Notes: a model not told the origin generated them from the sequence alone. A stretch of DNA of 64,000 nucleotides from Acidaminococcales bacterium (GCA_031552765.1 JAVBME010000008.1:66095-130094); one strand, 5' to 3'; positions 9,657 to 20,423 are shown, numbered from the stretch's first letter. Translations and numbers: made by a program.

Positions 9657-10344
9657 ATTTTTCCGGCTGTCGTATTTTAATGGATTTAAGACGCAATAGC
9701 TCCAGTATGGCTAAAAAAGCCGATACCAATTCTATGTTGCTGCCAGAGCGAATAAGCGTCTCTCGCAAAGTAAGGTTGTCGCCTTTTATTTTTAGCAGTT
9801 GCAGTATGTCGTCCATTTTATCATGGACATTTATTTCCTCGTTATTGATATAGGTAGGCGTCTCTTCTGCCGATTCCATTAGCCCGGCTATGGCGACAAG
9901 CAGCTGTTCAACAGACAAATTTTTAGGCCGGCTGGGAGTTGTTGCAAAAAGCATCGGCTCGCGCACAGCATATAAGGAGCTCTTTTCCCACAAGCCGGCA
10001 AATACCTCTCCCATTTCTTTGAACTGCCGGTATGCTATAAGGCGTTCGACCAGCTTTTGCCGCGGGTCTTCCAAAGCGTCCTCTTCTTCGCCGTCAGGCG
10101 CTGTCGCCGGTTGTTTAGGCAACAGCATGCGCGACTTTATTTGTAAAAGGGTTGCGGCCATCAGCAAAAATTCGCTGGCCAGTTCTATATTAAATTCCTG
10201 CATGCTGCTGATATAGGATAGGTATTGCTGCGTTACGCTGGCAATGGGTATATCGTAAATATCCAGCTTATCTTTCTCGATAAGGTGCATCAAAAGGTCG
10301 AGCGGCCCCTCGAAAGTACCGGCGACTATTTTATACTTGTCCAT
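9610..10344 (-). CDS. scpA: segregation and condensation protein A (kleisin)
   Basis: 244 aa with FEGPLDLLMHLIEKDKLDIYDIPIA, typical of the ScpA N-terminus. It is paired with scpB. Confidence 0.9.
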   Translation of the reverse strand: MDKYKIVAGTFEGPLDLLMHLIEKDKLDIYDIPIASVTQQYLSYISSMQEFNIELASEFLLMAATLLQIKSRMLLPKQPATAPDGEEEDALEDPRQKLVERLIAYRQFKEMGEVFAGLWEKSSLYAVREPMLFATTPSRPKNLSVEQLLVAIAGLMESAEETPTYINNEEINVHDKMDDILQLLKIKGDNLTLRETLIRSGSNIELVSAFLAILELLRLKSIKIRQPEKFGDIYIYLQEGAHVL

Positions 10345-10350
10345 AGCCTG

Positions 10351-11343
10351 TCAGTCGAGCTGCATAGCGCTGCGTACTTCCTGCATGGTGGCTGCGGCTA
10401 CTGCGCGCGCGCGTTCGGCGCCGTGGGCCAGGACTTCTTTTATATAACCCGGCTTGGTCAATAATGCAGTGCGGCGTTCATATATTTGCGCCAGTGCCGT
10501 TATCATATTTTCCGCCAGCAGTTTTTTGCAGTCAACGCAGCCGATTTCGGCATTACGGCATTTTTGCCCTATTTCTTCATACTGCGGCGCGCTGAAATGT
10601 TTATGGAAAGTATATACTGTGCATATGTCAGGGTTGCCTTTGTCGGTTTTCTTGATCCGGTTGGGGTCTGTGATCATTTGGCGCACTTTTGCCCGCAGTT
10701 CATCCGGGCTGGCGCCAAACGGGATCTCATTGCCGTAGGATTTAGACATTTTGCGCCCGTCAAGCCCGGGCAATACTTTGGCTTCGGTCAGGGCGGCCTT
10801 GGGTTCAGGAAATACCTGTGTTTTATAAATCATATTAAAGCGGCGCACCATTTCTCTCGCCAGCTCCAGGTGCGGCACCTGGTCTTCGCCGACCGGGACG
10901 GTATCGGCCTTGTACAATACTATATCTGCTGTCATCAACACAGGATATCCTAAAAATCCGTAGGTGTTTATTTCCTTGCCCATTTCGCCCAGTTGCTGCA
11001 ATTTATCTTTGTAGGTAGGCACCCTTTCCAGCCAGGAGAGCGGTACATTCATAGACAGCAACAGATGCAGTTCGGCGTGTTCTTTGACCTGGGACTGGAC
11101 GAAGATGACATTTTTCTCCGGGTCGAGGCCTGCGCTCAGCCAGTCGAGCGCCATCTGAAAAGTATGTTCTTTTAACATGCTGGTATCATTGTAAGTAGAA
11201 GTGAGAGCATGCAGGTCGACGATAGAAAAAAAACACTCATAGTCGTTTTGCAGGTTTACCCAGTTCTGCAAGGCTCCCATATAATTGCCCAGATGAAAAC
11301 GGCCGGAAGGTTGCATGCCGCTAAAAATACGCCCTTTGGACAT
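10351..11343 (-). CDS. trpS: tryptophan--tRNA ligase
   Basis: 330 aa with a HIGH-type FHLGNY motif and KMSKS. Confidence 0.93.
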   Translation of the reverse strand: MSKGRIFSGMQPSGRFHLGNYMGALQNWVNLQNDYECFFSIVDLHALTSTYNDTSMLKEHTFQMALDWLSAGLDPEKNVIFVQSQVKEHAELHLLLSMNVPLSWLERVPTYKDKLQQLGEMGKEINTYGFLGYPVLMTADIVLYKADTVPVGEDQVPHLELAREMVRRFNMIYKTQVFPEPKAALTEAKVLPGLDGRKMSKSYGNEIPFGASPDELRAKVRQMITDPNRIKKTDKGNPDICTVYTFHKHFSAPQYEEIGQKCRNAEIGCVDCKKLLAENMITALAQIYERRTALLTKPGYIKEVLAHGAERARAVAAATMQEVRSAMQLD

Positions 11344-11362
11344 CGATATTTCTCCTTTGAAT

Positions 11363-11983
11363 TCAAATAAAGATCCCTACGAACATTTTCATGCCGCCAA
11401 GCAAAAAGCTTGCTATGGGCGAAAGGACCATGCCTGTCACGCCAAATACGATCAGGCCGATGAGTATAAACTGGCTGTACGGTTCTATTTGCATCAGCGC
11501 ATAGGCCTGCCTGCCTGGCAGCATGCTCATGAGTATCTTGGAGCCGTCAAGCGGCGGTATTGGCATAAGATTGAAAAGAGCAAACCAGATGTTGTACAGT
11601 TGCAGCCAGATGAGGAATTTTAATACTCCTACACCAAGCAACTGGAATTTTACCATAACGGCAAACAGCACCACGCCGATAAAAGCAATCAAAAGGTTGG
11701 AGCCTGGCCCGGCAAAAGAAACCGCCATCATGCCCTTACGCCCGTCGCGAAAATAGGAAGGATTTACCGGTACCGGCTTGGCCCAGCCAAAACCGACCAA
11801 AAATAGCGCCAGGGTGCCGAAGGGATCAAGGTGTACCAATGGATTCATCGTAAGGCGTCCCATATAACGCGGCGTCGGATCGCCCATAGAGTCGGCGACG
11901 ACCGCATGAGCGTATTCGTGCACTGTTAAAGCTATTAGCAGAGCCGGAATACGATATAGTGCTTCATAACTAAAGTCAAACAT
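11363..11983 (-). CDS. site-2 protease family (peptidase M50) membrane protein
   Basis: 206 aa with HEYAHA (HExxH) in the first transmembrane region and multiple hydrophobic helices. Confidence 0.8.
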   Translation of the reverse strand: MFDFSYEALYRIPALLIALTVHEYAHAVVADSMGDPTPRYMGRLTMNPLVHLDPFGTLALFLVGFGWAKPVPVNPSYFRDGRKGMMAVSFAGPGSNLLIAFIGVVLFAVMVKFQLLGVGVLKFLIWLQLYNIWFALFNLMPIPPLDGSKILMSMLPGRQAYALMQIEPYSQFILIGLIVFGVTGMVLSPIASFLLGGMKMFVGIFI

Positions 11984-12059
11984 TTTTTCCTCCGGTCAGA
12001 CAATTTCAATTATTTAATTATACTAGATTTTTCCCTATAGTAAAAGGGATTTAAACTTT

Positions 12060-12285
12060 GTAGTCAAACAACCCCAAAAAATAGAGCAAAGGCCGTTGCA
12101 GTTTTTGTTGTAGGCAAAAATAGCTTACGGCCATGCATACTTGGAAAGCATACATCTTTGCGGCCTATTTTCCCTAACACTATGTTGTCGTCAGTCGGAA
12201 TGCAGGAAGCATTCCTTCTTTCTTCGCCTTGTGTTCCGAAAAATATTCCCGCAATTCTACACTGGTTTTTAGGTTGCTTGACTAC
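12060..12285. ncRNA. candidate structured non-coding element (possible 6S-like or other sRNA, or a MITE-like repeat); family and strand unresolved
   Basis: A 355 bp gap has no ORF of 60 aa or more. The 14 nt arms GTAGTCAAACAACC (12060-12073) and GGTTGCTTGACTAC (12272-12285) are inverted repeats with one mismatch. Internal hairpins lie at 12091-12132 (about 14 bp) and 12197-12215 (GGAATGC/GCATTCC). Confidence 0.3.
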
Positions 12286-12287
12286 AT

Positions 12288-12321
12288 AAATACAGACTGC
12301 CCGCCAGAACAGTCTGTATTT
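12288..12321. terminator. hairpin directly downstream of lysA (possibly bidirectional)
   Basis: AAATACAGACTG-cccgccagaa-CAGTCTGTATTT is a perfect 12 bp stem. A short T run follows on both strands, and the plus side continues atagttttt. Confidence 0.6.
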
Positions 12322-12338
12322 ATAGTTTTTACCGCTGC

Positions 12339-13640
12339 TTACGGCAATATGTCATTGCGTATCAAATCTTCATAGGTCTCTCTTTTTACTACTACCCTGG
12401 CCCTTCCGTCCTGTACAAAAACGACGGCAGGTTTAAGGTTGCGGTTATAATTACTGGACATAGAGTAGTTATAAGCGCCGGTAGACGATACTACCAGTAT
12501 GTCACCCTTAGCGACAGGCGGCAGTTCAATGTCTTTTATCAGCATATCGCCGGATTCACAGCATTTGCCGGCAATAGATACCTTCTCTGTAGCCTTGTCG
12601 AGCATCCTGTTAGCTAAAGCTGCTTCGTATTTGGCGTCATACAACGCCGGGCGCGGGTTATCGGTCATGCCGCCGTCAATAGACACGTACTTTCTGATAC
12701 CGGGTATTTCTTTCACCGTGCCTATAGTATAAAGCGTGCAACCGGTCTCGCCTACCATCGAACGGCCCGGCTCAATGAGCAGCCTCGGTAGGTCTAGGCC
12801 GTGTTTGGCGCAGTTTGCCTTGACTTCTTTGACCAGGTTTTCCACAAAAGCGCTGAGCGTTTTTGGTTCGTCGCCCTCCGAATAATAGATGCCCAAGCCG
12901 CCGCCCAGGTTCAATTCTTCTACTGTCATACCGGTTTCTTTCTTTATTTGCGTCACAAAGCCGACCATGACCTCGACTGTTTCATTATAAGAAGCCAGGT
13001 CGAAAATTTGTGAACCGATATGGCAATGAATACCGACAAATTTCAAGTGTCTTTTCTGTGCGATTCTTTTTATCGCTTCCATGGCCTGGCCGTTGCTTAT
13101 AGCTACGCCAAATTTAGAGTCGATGAGGCCGGTTTTTATAAAGCTGTGCGTATGGGCGTCTATACCGGGCGATACCCGGAGCAGTACTTTGGCAGTTTTG
13201 CCCTTGGCCGCCGTCAGACCTTCCAGAAGGTCTATTTCCGGCATATTGTCTATGACAAAATGGCCTACGCCACTGTCGAGAGCGAGGTTGATTTCTTCCG
13301 GCAGCTTGTTATTGCCGTGAAAATAGGCTTTTTCCATAGGAAATCCTGCTTTTAGCGCAGTATAAATCTCGCCGCCGGAAACTACATCTATGCCCAGCCC
13401 TTCTTCCTCCACCAATTTACACATGGCGGCGGCCAAAAAGACCTTGCTGGCATAAAGAACGGTGAAATCAGGATAGCTGGCGCGAAAAGCTTCTGTATAT
13501 TCGCGGCAATTTGCCCGTATCTGGCCTTCGTCCATCACATATAAAGGGGAACCAAACTGCTCTATGAGGTCAATGGCGGAGCAGCCGCCTATTTCAAGTA
13601 TGCCTTTGCCGTTGATTTTCATGCTGGAAAGCAATTTCAT
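12339..13640 (-). CDS. lysA: diaminopimelate decarboxylase
   Basis: 433 aa with an alanine-racemase-fold PLP decarboxylase pattern (YASKVF Lys region, EPGRSMV, CESGD). Confidence 0.92.
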   Translation of the reverse strand: MKLLSSMKINGKGILEIGGCSAIDLIEQFGSPLYVMDEGQIRANCREYTEAFRASYPDFTVLYASKVFLAAAMCKLVEEEGLGIDVVSGGEIYTALKAGFPMEKAYFHGNNKLPEEINLALDSGVGHFVIDNMPEIDLLEGLTAAKGKTAKVLLRVSPGIDAHTHSFIKTGLIDSKFGVAISNGQAMEAIKRIAQKRHLKFVGIHCHIGSQIFDLASYNETVEVMVGFVTQIKKETGMTVEELNLGGGLGIYYSEGDEPKTLSAFVENLVKEVKANCAKHGLDLPRLLIEPGRSMVGETGCTLYTIGTVKEIPGIRKYVSIDGGMTDNPRPALYDAKYEAALANRMLDKATEKVSIAGKCCESGDMLIKDIELPPVAKGDILVVSSTGAYNYSMSSNYNRNLKPAVVFVQDGRARVVVKRETYEDLIRNDILP

Positions 13641-13681
13641 TAAGTTTCAGTCACCTCTTTGCTATATTTTAGTCAGATTAT

Positions 13682-13714
13682 GCAAAAGGATTGTGAGAGC
13701 TCCCACAACCCTTT
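13682..13714 (-). terminator. rho-independent terminator after the enoyl-CoA hydratase gene
   Basis: The minus strand reads GGGTTGTGGGAGCTCTCACAATCC followed by TTTTGC. This is about 10 bp of stem with two G:U pairs. Confidence 0.65.
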
Positions 13715-13759
13715 GCTACATACATTATATAAAATATAGCCGTCTAAAACAAGAAAAAA

Positions 13760-14539
13760 TTATTTTCCGGCGAATTTTGGCGGGCGTTTTTCTTTAAAAG
13801 CGGCCACCCCTTCGAGGTAATCTGCGCTCCCTAAAAGAAGAGTCTGCCCAGCCGCTTCATAAGAGAGGACATCGTCAAGCGTTGCCTGCTCGTTATTGAG
13901 AGCGCGCTTGGTCATGGTAAGGGCCAGCGGGGCTGATTCGGCAAGCGCGTTGGCAAATCCTACTACCTGGTCAAAAAGTTCGCTGTCTGCTATTACCCGG
14001 TTTACCAGGCCAAGTTCCAGACACTCTTTGGCGGTAAGCATTTGCGCGGTAAACATGAGCTCTTTTGCTTTGTGGCGACCCACCAGTCTGGGCAGGAAAT
14101 AAAAGCCGCCACAGTCTGGTATCAAACCTACTTTAGCGAAACTCTGCGCGAATTTCGCCGATTCGGCAACGTACACAAGGTCGCAGGCCAATGCCAGGTT
14201 AAAACCTGCGCCGGCCGCTGCGCCGTTGACCATCGCGATCACCGGTTTGGACATATCCATAATGGTTTTTGGCACTTTGCCGACAGTAGAAATAAACTCC
14301 TGGCGTTCTTTCGCTGTTTGCAGTGTTTCCATAAAACCAAGGTCGCCGCCGGCGCAAAAGGCTTTGCCCGCGCCGGTGAGTATAACGCAGGAGGCGCCGC
14401 TGTCCGCTTCGGCCTGTGACAAGGCGGCCAGCAGTTCATCTATCAGGGCGCGGTTCATAGTGTTCAAACTGGCCGGGCGATTGAGGGTAATAATGGCCGT
14501 TTTACCATTAAGTTGATAAAGTACGGATTTTTCTTTCAC
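13760..14539 (-). CDS. enoyl-CoA hydratase/isomerase (crotonase) family protein
   Basis: 259 aa with GAGKAFCAGGDL and the crotonase-fold pattern. Confidence 0.85.
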   Translation of the reverse strand: MKEKSVLYQLNGKTAIITLNRPASLNTMNRALIDELLAALSQAEADSGASCVILTGAGKAFCAGGDLGFMETLQTAKERQEFISTVGKVPKTIMDMSKPVIAMVNGAAAGAGFNLALACDLVYVAESAKFAQSFAKVGLIPDCGGFYFLPRLVGRHKAKELMFTAQMLTAKECLELGLVNRVIADSELFDQVVGFANALAESAPLALTMTKRALNNEQATLDDVLSYEAAGQTLLLGSADYLEGVAAFKEKRPPKFAGK

Positions 14540-14563
14540 ATTTTCACAACCTTTTCAAGTATT

Positions 14564-16093
<1,530 letters not shown>

Positions 16094-16267
16094 TTATGTT
16101 ATTTTTATTGCAAAAATCATCAAAATACAATATGAAGTTTTTTGTTGATAATTATGCTTTTAAAATATTAGCATGTGGCTAAAATTTGCATTTTAGTATA
16201 TAATTCTATTTATATATTGTCATAAACGAGTAAAAACGTCTTATAAATTCAGAAAGGACTGGCAATT

Positions 16268-17176
16268 ATGTCTAACGAACACAAAAACGAAATACTCCTT
16301 GAAAGTGGTACTAATGAATTTGAAATTGTTGAATTTATGGTTGGAAAAATTACTTACGGCATCAACGTGGCTAAAGTACGCGAGGTAATAAACCTCCAGC
16401 CTATTACAAAAATGCCCAGCACACACAAATTTATCGACGGCGTATTTACCTTGCGCGGCAAAGTCATTCCCCTTGTCAATCTTGCTACTTGCCTTAATGT
16501 TCCTGATTCTGAACCAAAACGTATCATTGTAGCCGAGCTCAACAATTACCAGGCTGGTTTTTTAGTTGACGAAGTATCGCGTATCCACCGTATTTCCTGG
16601 ACGCGCATGGAATCGGCTCCCGAAATTGCCAACTCTCACCTCGTTGTCGGCATTGTAAAAATGGAAAATAAAATGGTAGTCCTTTTGGATTTTGAGCGCA
16701 TACTGGCCGATATAAACCCTGATATAAACAAAAACTTTACTGATTTTGCCGCTACTACTGAAGAAGGTATTTTGAAACGCCGCGGCGGCAAAACTATATT
16801 ACTTGCGGAAGACTCACATTTGCTGCGCGAGCTTGTAGTAGATAATTTGCATAAATCCGGCTATAAAAACCTCATCGTCAACAATAACGGCCAAGAAGCC
16901 TGGGATAAGCTGGTCAACATCAAACAGCAGGTAGATGACGTATTCGAGACCGTACAATTGGTCATTACAGATATAGAGATGCCGCAGATGGACGGGCACC
17001 ATCTGTTGAAACGCATCCGCCAGGATGAGAAACTCAATGAAATGCCGGTGCTCATCTTCTCGTCACTAATCAATGAAGAAAACCGCAAAAAAGGAATATC
17101 CCTTGGCGCTAATGCCCAAGTCTCCAAGCCGGAAATAAAAGAACTGGTAAGTTTGGTAGATAAATTTATAAAATAA
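16268..17176 (+). CDS. cheV: chemotaxis protein CheV (CheW-like domain + receiver domain)
   Basis: 302 aa with an N-terminal CheW-like region and a C-terminal REC domain (ILLAEDS..., DIEMPQMDG, K in SKP). Confidence 0.88.
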   Translation: MSNEHKNEILLESGTNEFEIVEFMVGKITYGINVAKVREVINLQPITKMPSTHKFIDGVFTLRGKVIPLVNLATCLNVPDSEPKRIIVAELNNYQAGFLVDEVSRIHRISWTRMESAPEIANSHLVVGIVKMENKMVVLLDFERILADINPDINKNFTDFAATTEEGILKRRGGKTILLAEDSHLLRELVVDNLHKSGYKNLIVNNNGQEAWDKLVNIKQQVDDVFETVQLVITDIEMPQMDGHHLLKRIRQDEKLNEMPVLIFSSLINEENRKKGISLGANAQVSKPEIKELVSLVDKFIK

Positions 17177-17187
17177 AACTTTTGAAT

Positions 17188-17215
17188 AAAAAACGCACCA
17201 AAAGGTGCGTTTTTT
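17188..17215. terminator. bidirectional rho-independent terminator between cheV and the convergent phosphoesterase gene
   Basis: AAAAAACGCACC-aaaa-GGTGCGTTTTTT, with an A run and a T run flanking a 7 bp GC-rich stem. Confidence 0.85.
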
Positions 17216-17221
17216 ATGTTT

Positions 17222-18358
17222 TTATTCTTTAAAACTTATGTCTATCACCACTACTTCCGAATCGCTTCCTATCCGTACAGGCGGCCCCCAACTCCCCGCT
17301 CCGCTGGTCACTATCATATTGAGTGTGCCAAATTTCTTATAACCATAATCAAGTTCGTATATGTAACTTGTAATAAGGTTGTTAGGTATAAATTGCCCTT
17401 TGTGCGTATGCCCGGACATTAAAAGATCTGTTCCGGCCGCTTTTGTTTCCTCTATGCGCCGCGGCTGGTGGTCGGCAACCAATATGGGCTTTCCCTGGTA
17501 TCCGGAAAGTTTTTCTTTAAGGCTGTGCTGACCGGCTGTACGGCTATAATCGTCCCGACCGTATAAGATAGCTCCGTTGGGAAGTTCCAGAGCCGTATCA
17601 ATAAGCATGTTTACACCGTTGTTTTGCAGATATGTTACAACGCTTTTAGCACTACGGCTGAAGTACTCATGGTTGCCCATAATGCCGTAAGTACCGTAAT
17701 TGGATTTTATATTTTTGAAAAACCGCATAGAGTTTTTGCGTTCTACCGATTCCAGATCACTATCAATAATATCACCGGCAAATATTACTACATCAGGGTT
17801 TTGCTGGTTAATTTTTTCTACCAGTTTTTGCGCCATATCGTCAGCGATTATTTTGCCGAAATGTATGTCAGATATGAGTACAATGCGCATTTTATCAGTT
17901 TTGGCTGGTTTGTTTATGGTTATATCATACTTTATGATTTGCGGATGGCTGGCGTGATAAGCGCCGTAGGCGATACTAATGCCGACGCAAGCCATTACTA
18001 TATAAGCAGTACTTTTGGCAGTAAACCTGAATATGTCCAAGCCCAGCTTTATTTGGGCAAAATTCAAAACATCGCAAAGCAGTGTCAAAATAAAAGCATA
18101 ATAGATTATGGACATCCAACAAGCGGAAACGAAGTATATGTAGTCGGTCAAACCATTGGGCAATACGGAGCCGTCCGTACGAAACAATATGCCGCCTGCA
18201 CTTAAAAAAGCAAAAGAGCAAAAGAGCAGCAAGGACATGGCTAAATTTAGTTTAAAGACAGCAGCCAGGCGATATGCCACATAAGCATTCATACCGCCAA
18301 ACACGATTGTGTACATAACAACAAATAACGGCAATTTTATTCCTCCTGTTGTAGCCAA
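17222..18358 (-). CDS. membrane-anchored metallophosphoesterase (calcineurin-like)
   Basis: 378 aa with an N-terminal hydrophobic region of about 130 aa, then ISDIHFG, GDIID, GNHEY and GHTH motifs. Confidence 0.85.
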   Translation of the reverse strand: MATTGGIKLPLFVVMYTIVFGGMNAYVAYRLAAVFKLNLAMSLLLFCSFAFLSAGGILFRTDGSVLPNGLTDYIYFVSACWMSIIYYAFILTLLCDVLNFAQIKLGLDIFRFTAKSTAYIVMACVGISIAYGAYHASHPQIIKYDITINKPAKTDKMRIVLISDIHFGKIIADDMAQKLVEKINQQNPDVVIFAGDIIDSDLESVERKNSMRFFKNIKSNYGTYGIMGNHEYFSRSAKSVVTYLQNNGVNMLIDTALELPNGAILYGRDDYSRTAGQHSLKEKLSGYQGKPILVADHQPRRIEETKAAGTDLLMSGHTHKGQFIPNNLITSYIYELDYGYKKFGTLNMIVTSGAGSWGPPVRIGSDSEVVVIDISFKE

Positions 18359-18882
18359 TCTTTTAAAAGGGACGCTGCATATTCCCCCAGTATACTATTC
18401 CCTTCGACCGTAAGGTGTATGCCATCATAAAAATAGTTTACTTTATCTGCACCTGTAAGTAAAGCAGGCTGCAAGTCGGCAAGAAATATCTGTTTGCCGG
18501 ACTTTTCGATAATAAGTTCCCTTAGATCGGTAAAATATTTCTTATACGCATATTGTTCAGGCACAAGCGGCAAGATACTGCCGCTTTTTAGGGAATGCGA
18601 CAATGCAATATTTTGCATATGGATAATATCGGCTACGATATCAGCAAGGGGGCGCCCTGCCAGAAGAATATCATTGGCTCCGCCGAAAATTAGCAAATGG
18701 GTCAACCCTTCTTCTCTCACGATGCTATTTATCCGCAACAGCATATCGCCGGTAGTTTCACCGCATATACCGTGATTTAAAATTTTTACGGCAAGTTTTT
18801 CTTCCACAGTTTGCAACCAGGAAACTTTAGGGCCGAAAGGATAACCATAAGTAAGAGAGTCGCCTAAAACAGCAAGTAACAT
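18337..18882 (-). CDS. SGNH/GDSL hydrolase family protein
   Basis: 181 aa with LGDSLTYG at the N-terminus and a DGIHLT (DxxH) block. Its 3' end overlaps the next gene by 22 nt. Confidence 0.8.
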   Translation of the reverse strand: MLLAVLGDSLTYGYPFGPKVSWLQTVEEKLAVKILNHGICGETTGDMLLRINSIVREEGLTHLLIFGGANDILLAGRPLADIVADIIHMQNIALSHSLKSGSILPLVPEQYAYKKYFTDLRELIIEKSGKQIFLADLQPALLTGADKVNYFYDGIHLTVEGNSILGEYAASLLKDWLQQEE

Positions 18883-18934
18883 TTTATCACCTTTTATCGT
18901 TTTTTGAAAAATTTTAACATTTTTTAAATAAAGC

Positions 18935-18963
18935 TTGCAAAATATTGTGTTTTATGCTAAGGT
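18935..18963 (+). promoter_or_regulatory. candidate sigma-A promoter of the T-box leader
   Basis: TTGCAA (18935-18940), a 17 nt spacer, then TGc-TAAGGT (extended -10, 18958-18963). Confidence 0.5.
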
Positions 18964-18969
18964 GTTAAC

Positions 18970-19195
18970 AATTAAAAATGATTGCGATGAAGGAAATAAG
19001 TATCTGCGATGTTTTTCCTAGAGAGCCGGGTCAGGTGCAAGCCGGTAAAAACTAACAGCGAAAGCCTCTCCCGAGCAGTATATGAAGAATATACCGCAAG
19101 CCGGCGATAAAGGCATTGAGTGTTGCTGGCAGCGTACAGCAGAACACAGGTGGTACCGCGGAATTTCCGTCCTGATTTTCAGGGCGGTTTTTTAT
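18970..19195 (+). promoter_or_regulatory. T-box riboswitch leader (tRNA-sensing transcription attenuator)
   Basis: Stem I base TTGCGATGAAGGAAATAAGTA (K-turn/AGTA). AG bulge and distal loop TAGAGAGCCGGGTCAGGTGCAAGCCGG. T-box sequence AACACAGGTGGTACCGCGG (19143-19161). Terminator CCGTCCTGA-ttt-TCAGGGCGG plus TTTTTT (19167-19194). Confidence 0.9.
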
Positions 19196-19223
19196 TTGTA
19201 AAAAAATATTTGAGGTGTTAAAA

Positions 19224-20417
19224 ATGAAAAAAATTGACTGGAACAAAACCATTTCGCCATCCGTAGGTATTTTGCCGGATTCCGGCCTCGGCCGTTTCCT
19301 CGATATCATAGCAACAAACAAAAATATTATTTCCATGAGCATAGGAGAACCTGACTTCACAGCTCCCCTATCCGTCCGGAAGCGCTGCATCCAAAGCATA
19401 GAAGAAGGACTTACTTCTTATACGTCAAGCTACGGCCTTTTAGACCTGCGCAAAGCGATAATAAGCGAAATGGAAAGGAAATATGGAGTTTCTTATTCGC
19501 CGGAAAAAGAAGCCATAGTGACTGTCGGGGTGAGCGAGGCGCTGGATCTGGCCATGCGCGTATTGCTGGCGCCTGGCGATGAGGTATTGATCCCTGAACC
19601 CTGCTATGTGGCTAACAAGGCCTGCGTCATCATGGCTGGAGGCGCCCCCGTACCGGTGGCCACAAAAGCCGAGGAAGGTTTTGCTCCACAGGTGGCGGAG
19701 CTGGAAAAAGCGGTAACAAATAAAACTAAAGCTCTCATCATTGGCTATCCGACCAACCCGACCGGCGCTACGCTGAAAAAAGAACACCTTTTAGCAATAG
19801 CCGGGTTTGCGGAAAAACATAACCTGGTCGTCGTATCGGATGAACTTTATGCCGACCTGACGTATACCGGCAAACATATTTCTTTTGCTTCCCTGCCCGG
19901 CATGAAAGAGCGCACTGTGCTGCTGGGCGGCTTTTCCAAAGCATATGCCATGACTGGTTTTCGCATTGGTTTTGCCCTGGCGCCCCAGGAGGTTGTAGAG
20001 GCAATGATAGCCGTACACCAATATACTATGCTGTGCGCCCCTACCCCGGCACAGTATGCGGCTCTTGAGGCATTAAAAAGCGCGCAGCGCGACTGCGACT
20101 TTATGATGGACACCTATAACAGCCGGCGCCGGTTGATGACGGACGGTTTCCAAAAAATCGGTTTGCCGGTCTTTGAGCCGGAAGGAGCTTTTTATATTTT
20201 CCCCAATATAAGCTCTACCGGCTTGAGCAGCCTCTTGTTTTCCGAGCAGTTGCTCGCGCAGGAAGAAGTGGCCGCCATCCCCGGACACGCTTTTGGTAAA
20301 TGCGGTGAGGGTTTTATCCGCTGTTCTTATGCTACTTCTACGGAAAACCTCAAAACCGCCCTGGAGCGCATAGACAGATTTATAAATAATGGTCTCAGGC
20401 ATTGCGCAGGAGAGTGA
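19224..20417 (+). CDS. class I/II pyridoxal-phosphate aminotransferase (AspB/PatA-like)
   Basis: The ORF track starts at GTG 19215. ATG 19224 is better spaced from the GAGGTG RBS. Motifs include IGEPDF, NPTG and the PLP-lysine block GFSKAYAMTGFRIG. The overall pattern is close to Bacillus PatA/AspB-type enzymes. Confidence 0.85.
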   Translation: MKKIDWNKTISPSVGILPDSGLGRFLDIIATNKNIISMSIGEPDFTAPLSVRKRCIQSIEEGLTSYTSSYGLLDLRKAIISEMERKYGVSYSPEKEAIVTVGVSEALDLAMRVLLAPGDEVLIPEPCYVANKACVIMAGGAPVPVATKAEEGFAPQVAELEKAVTNKTKALIIGYPTNPTGATLKKEHLLAIAGFAEKHNLVVVSDELYADLTYTGKHISFASLPGMKERTVLLGGFSKAYAMTGFRIGFALAPQEVVEAMIAVHQYTMLCAPTPAQYAALEALKSAQRDCDFMMDTYNSRRRLMTDGFQKIGLPVFEPEGAFYIFPNISSTGLSSLLFSEQLLAQEEVAAIPGHAFGKCGEGFIRCSYATSTENLKTALERIDRFINNGLRHCAGE

Positions 20418-20423
20418 CTATAT

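Noticed and set aside
12190-12216. GUCAGUCGGAAUGCAGGAAGCA in the structured spacer, which resembles the SRP RNA domain IV sequence GUCAGGUCCGGAAGGAAGCAGC
   Set aside because: The local fold here is a perfect GGAATGC/GCATTCC hairpin rather than the SRP helix 8 with its symmetric and asymmetric loops and GNAR tetraloop. The rest of the element lacks Alu and helix 5 features. The similarity is judged coincidental.
13641-13759. A lysine (L-box) riboswitch was looked for upstream of lysA
   Set aside because: The spacer is only 119 bp and is occupied by the upstream terminator hairpin and a short AT-rich promoter-like stretch. None of the conserved L-box blocks is present.
16179-16196. Inverted repeat CTAAAAT-ttgc-ATTTTAG in the guaB/cheV divergent region, and nearby ATGCT...AGCAT
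   Set aside because: The region is extremely AT-rich, so such short palindromes are expected by chance. It has no similarity to PurR, sigma-D or other boxes that I can support.
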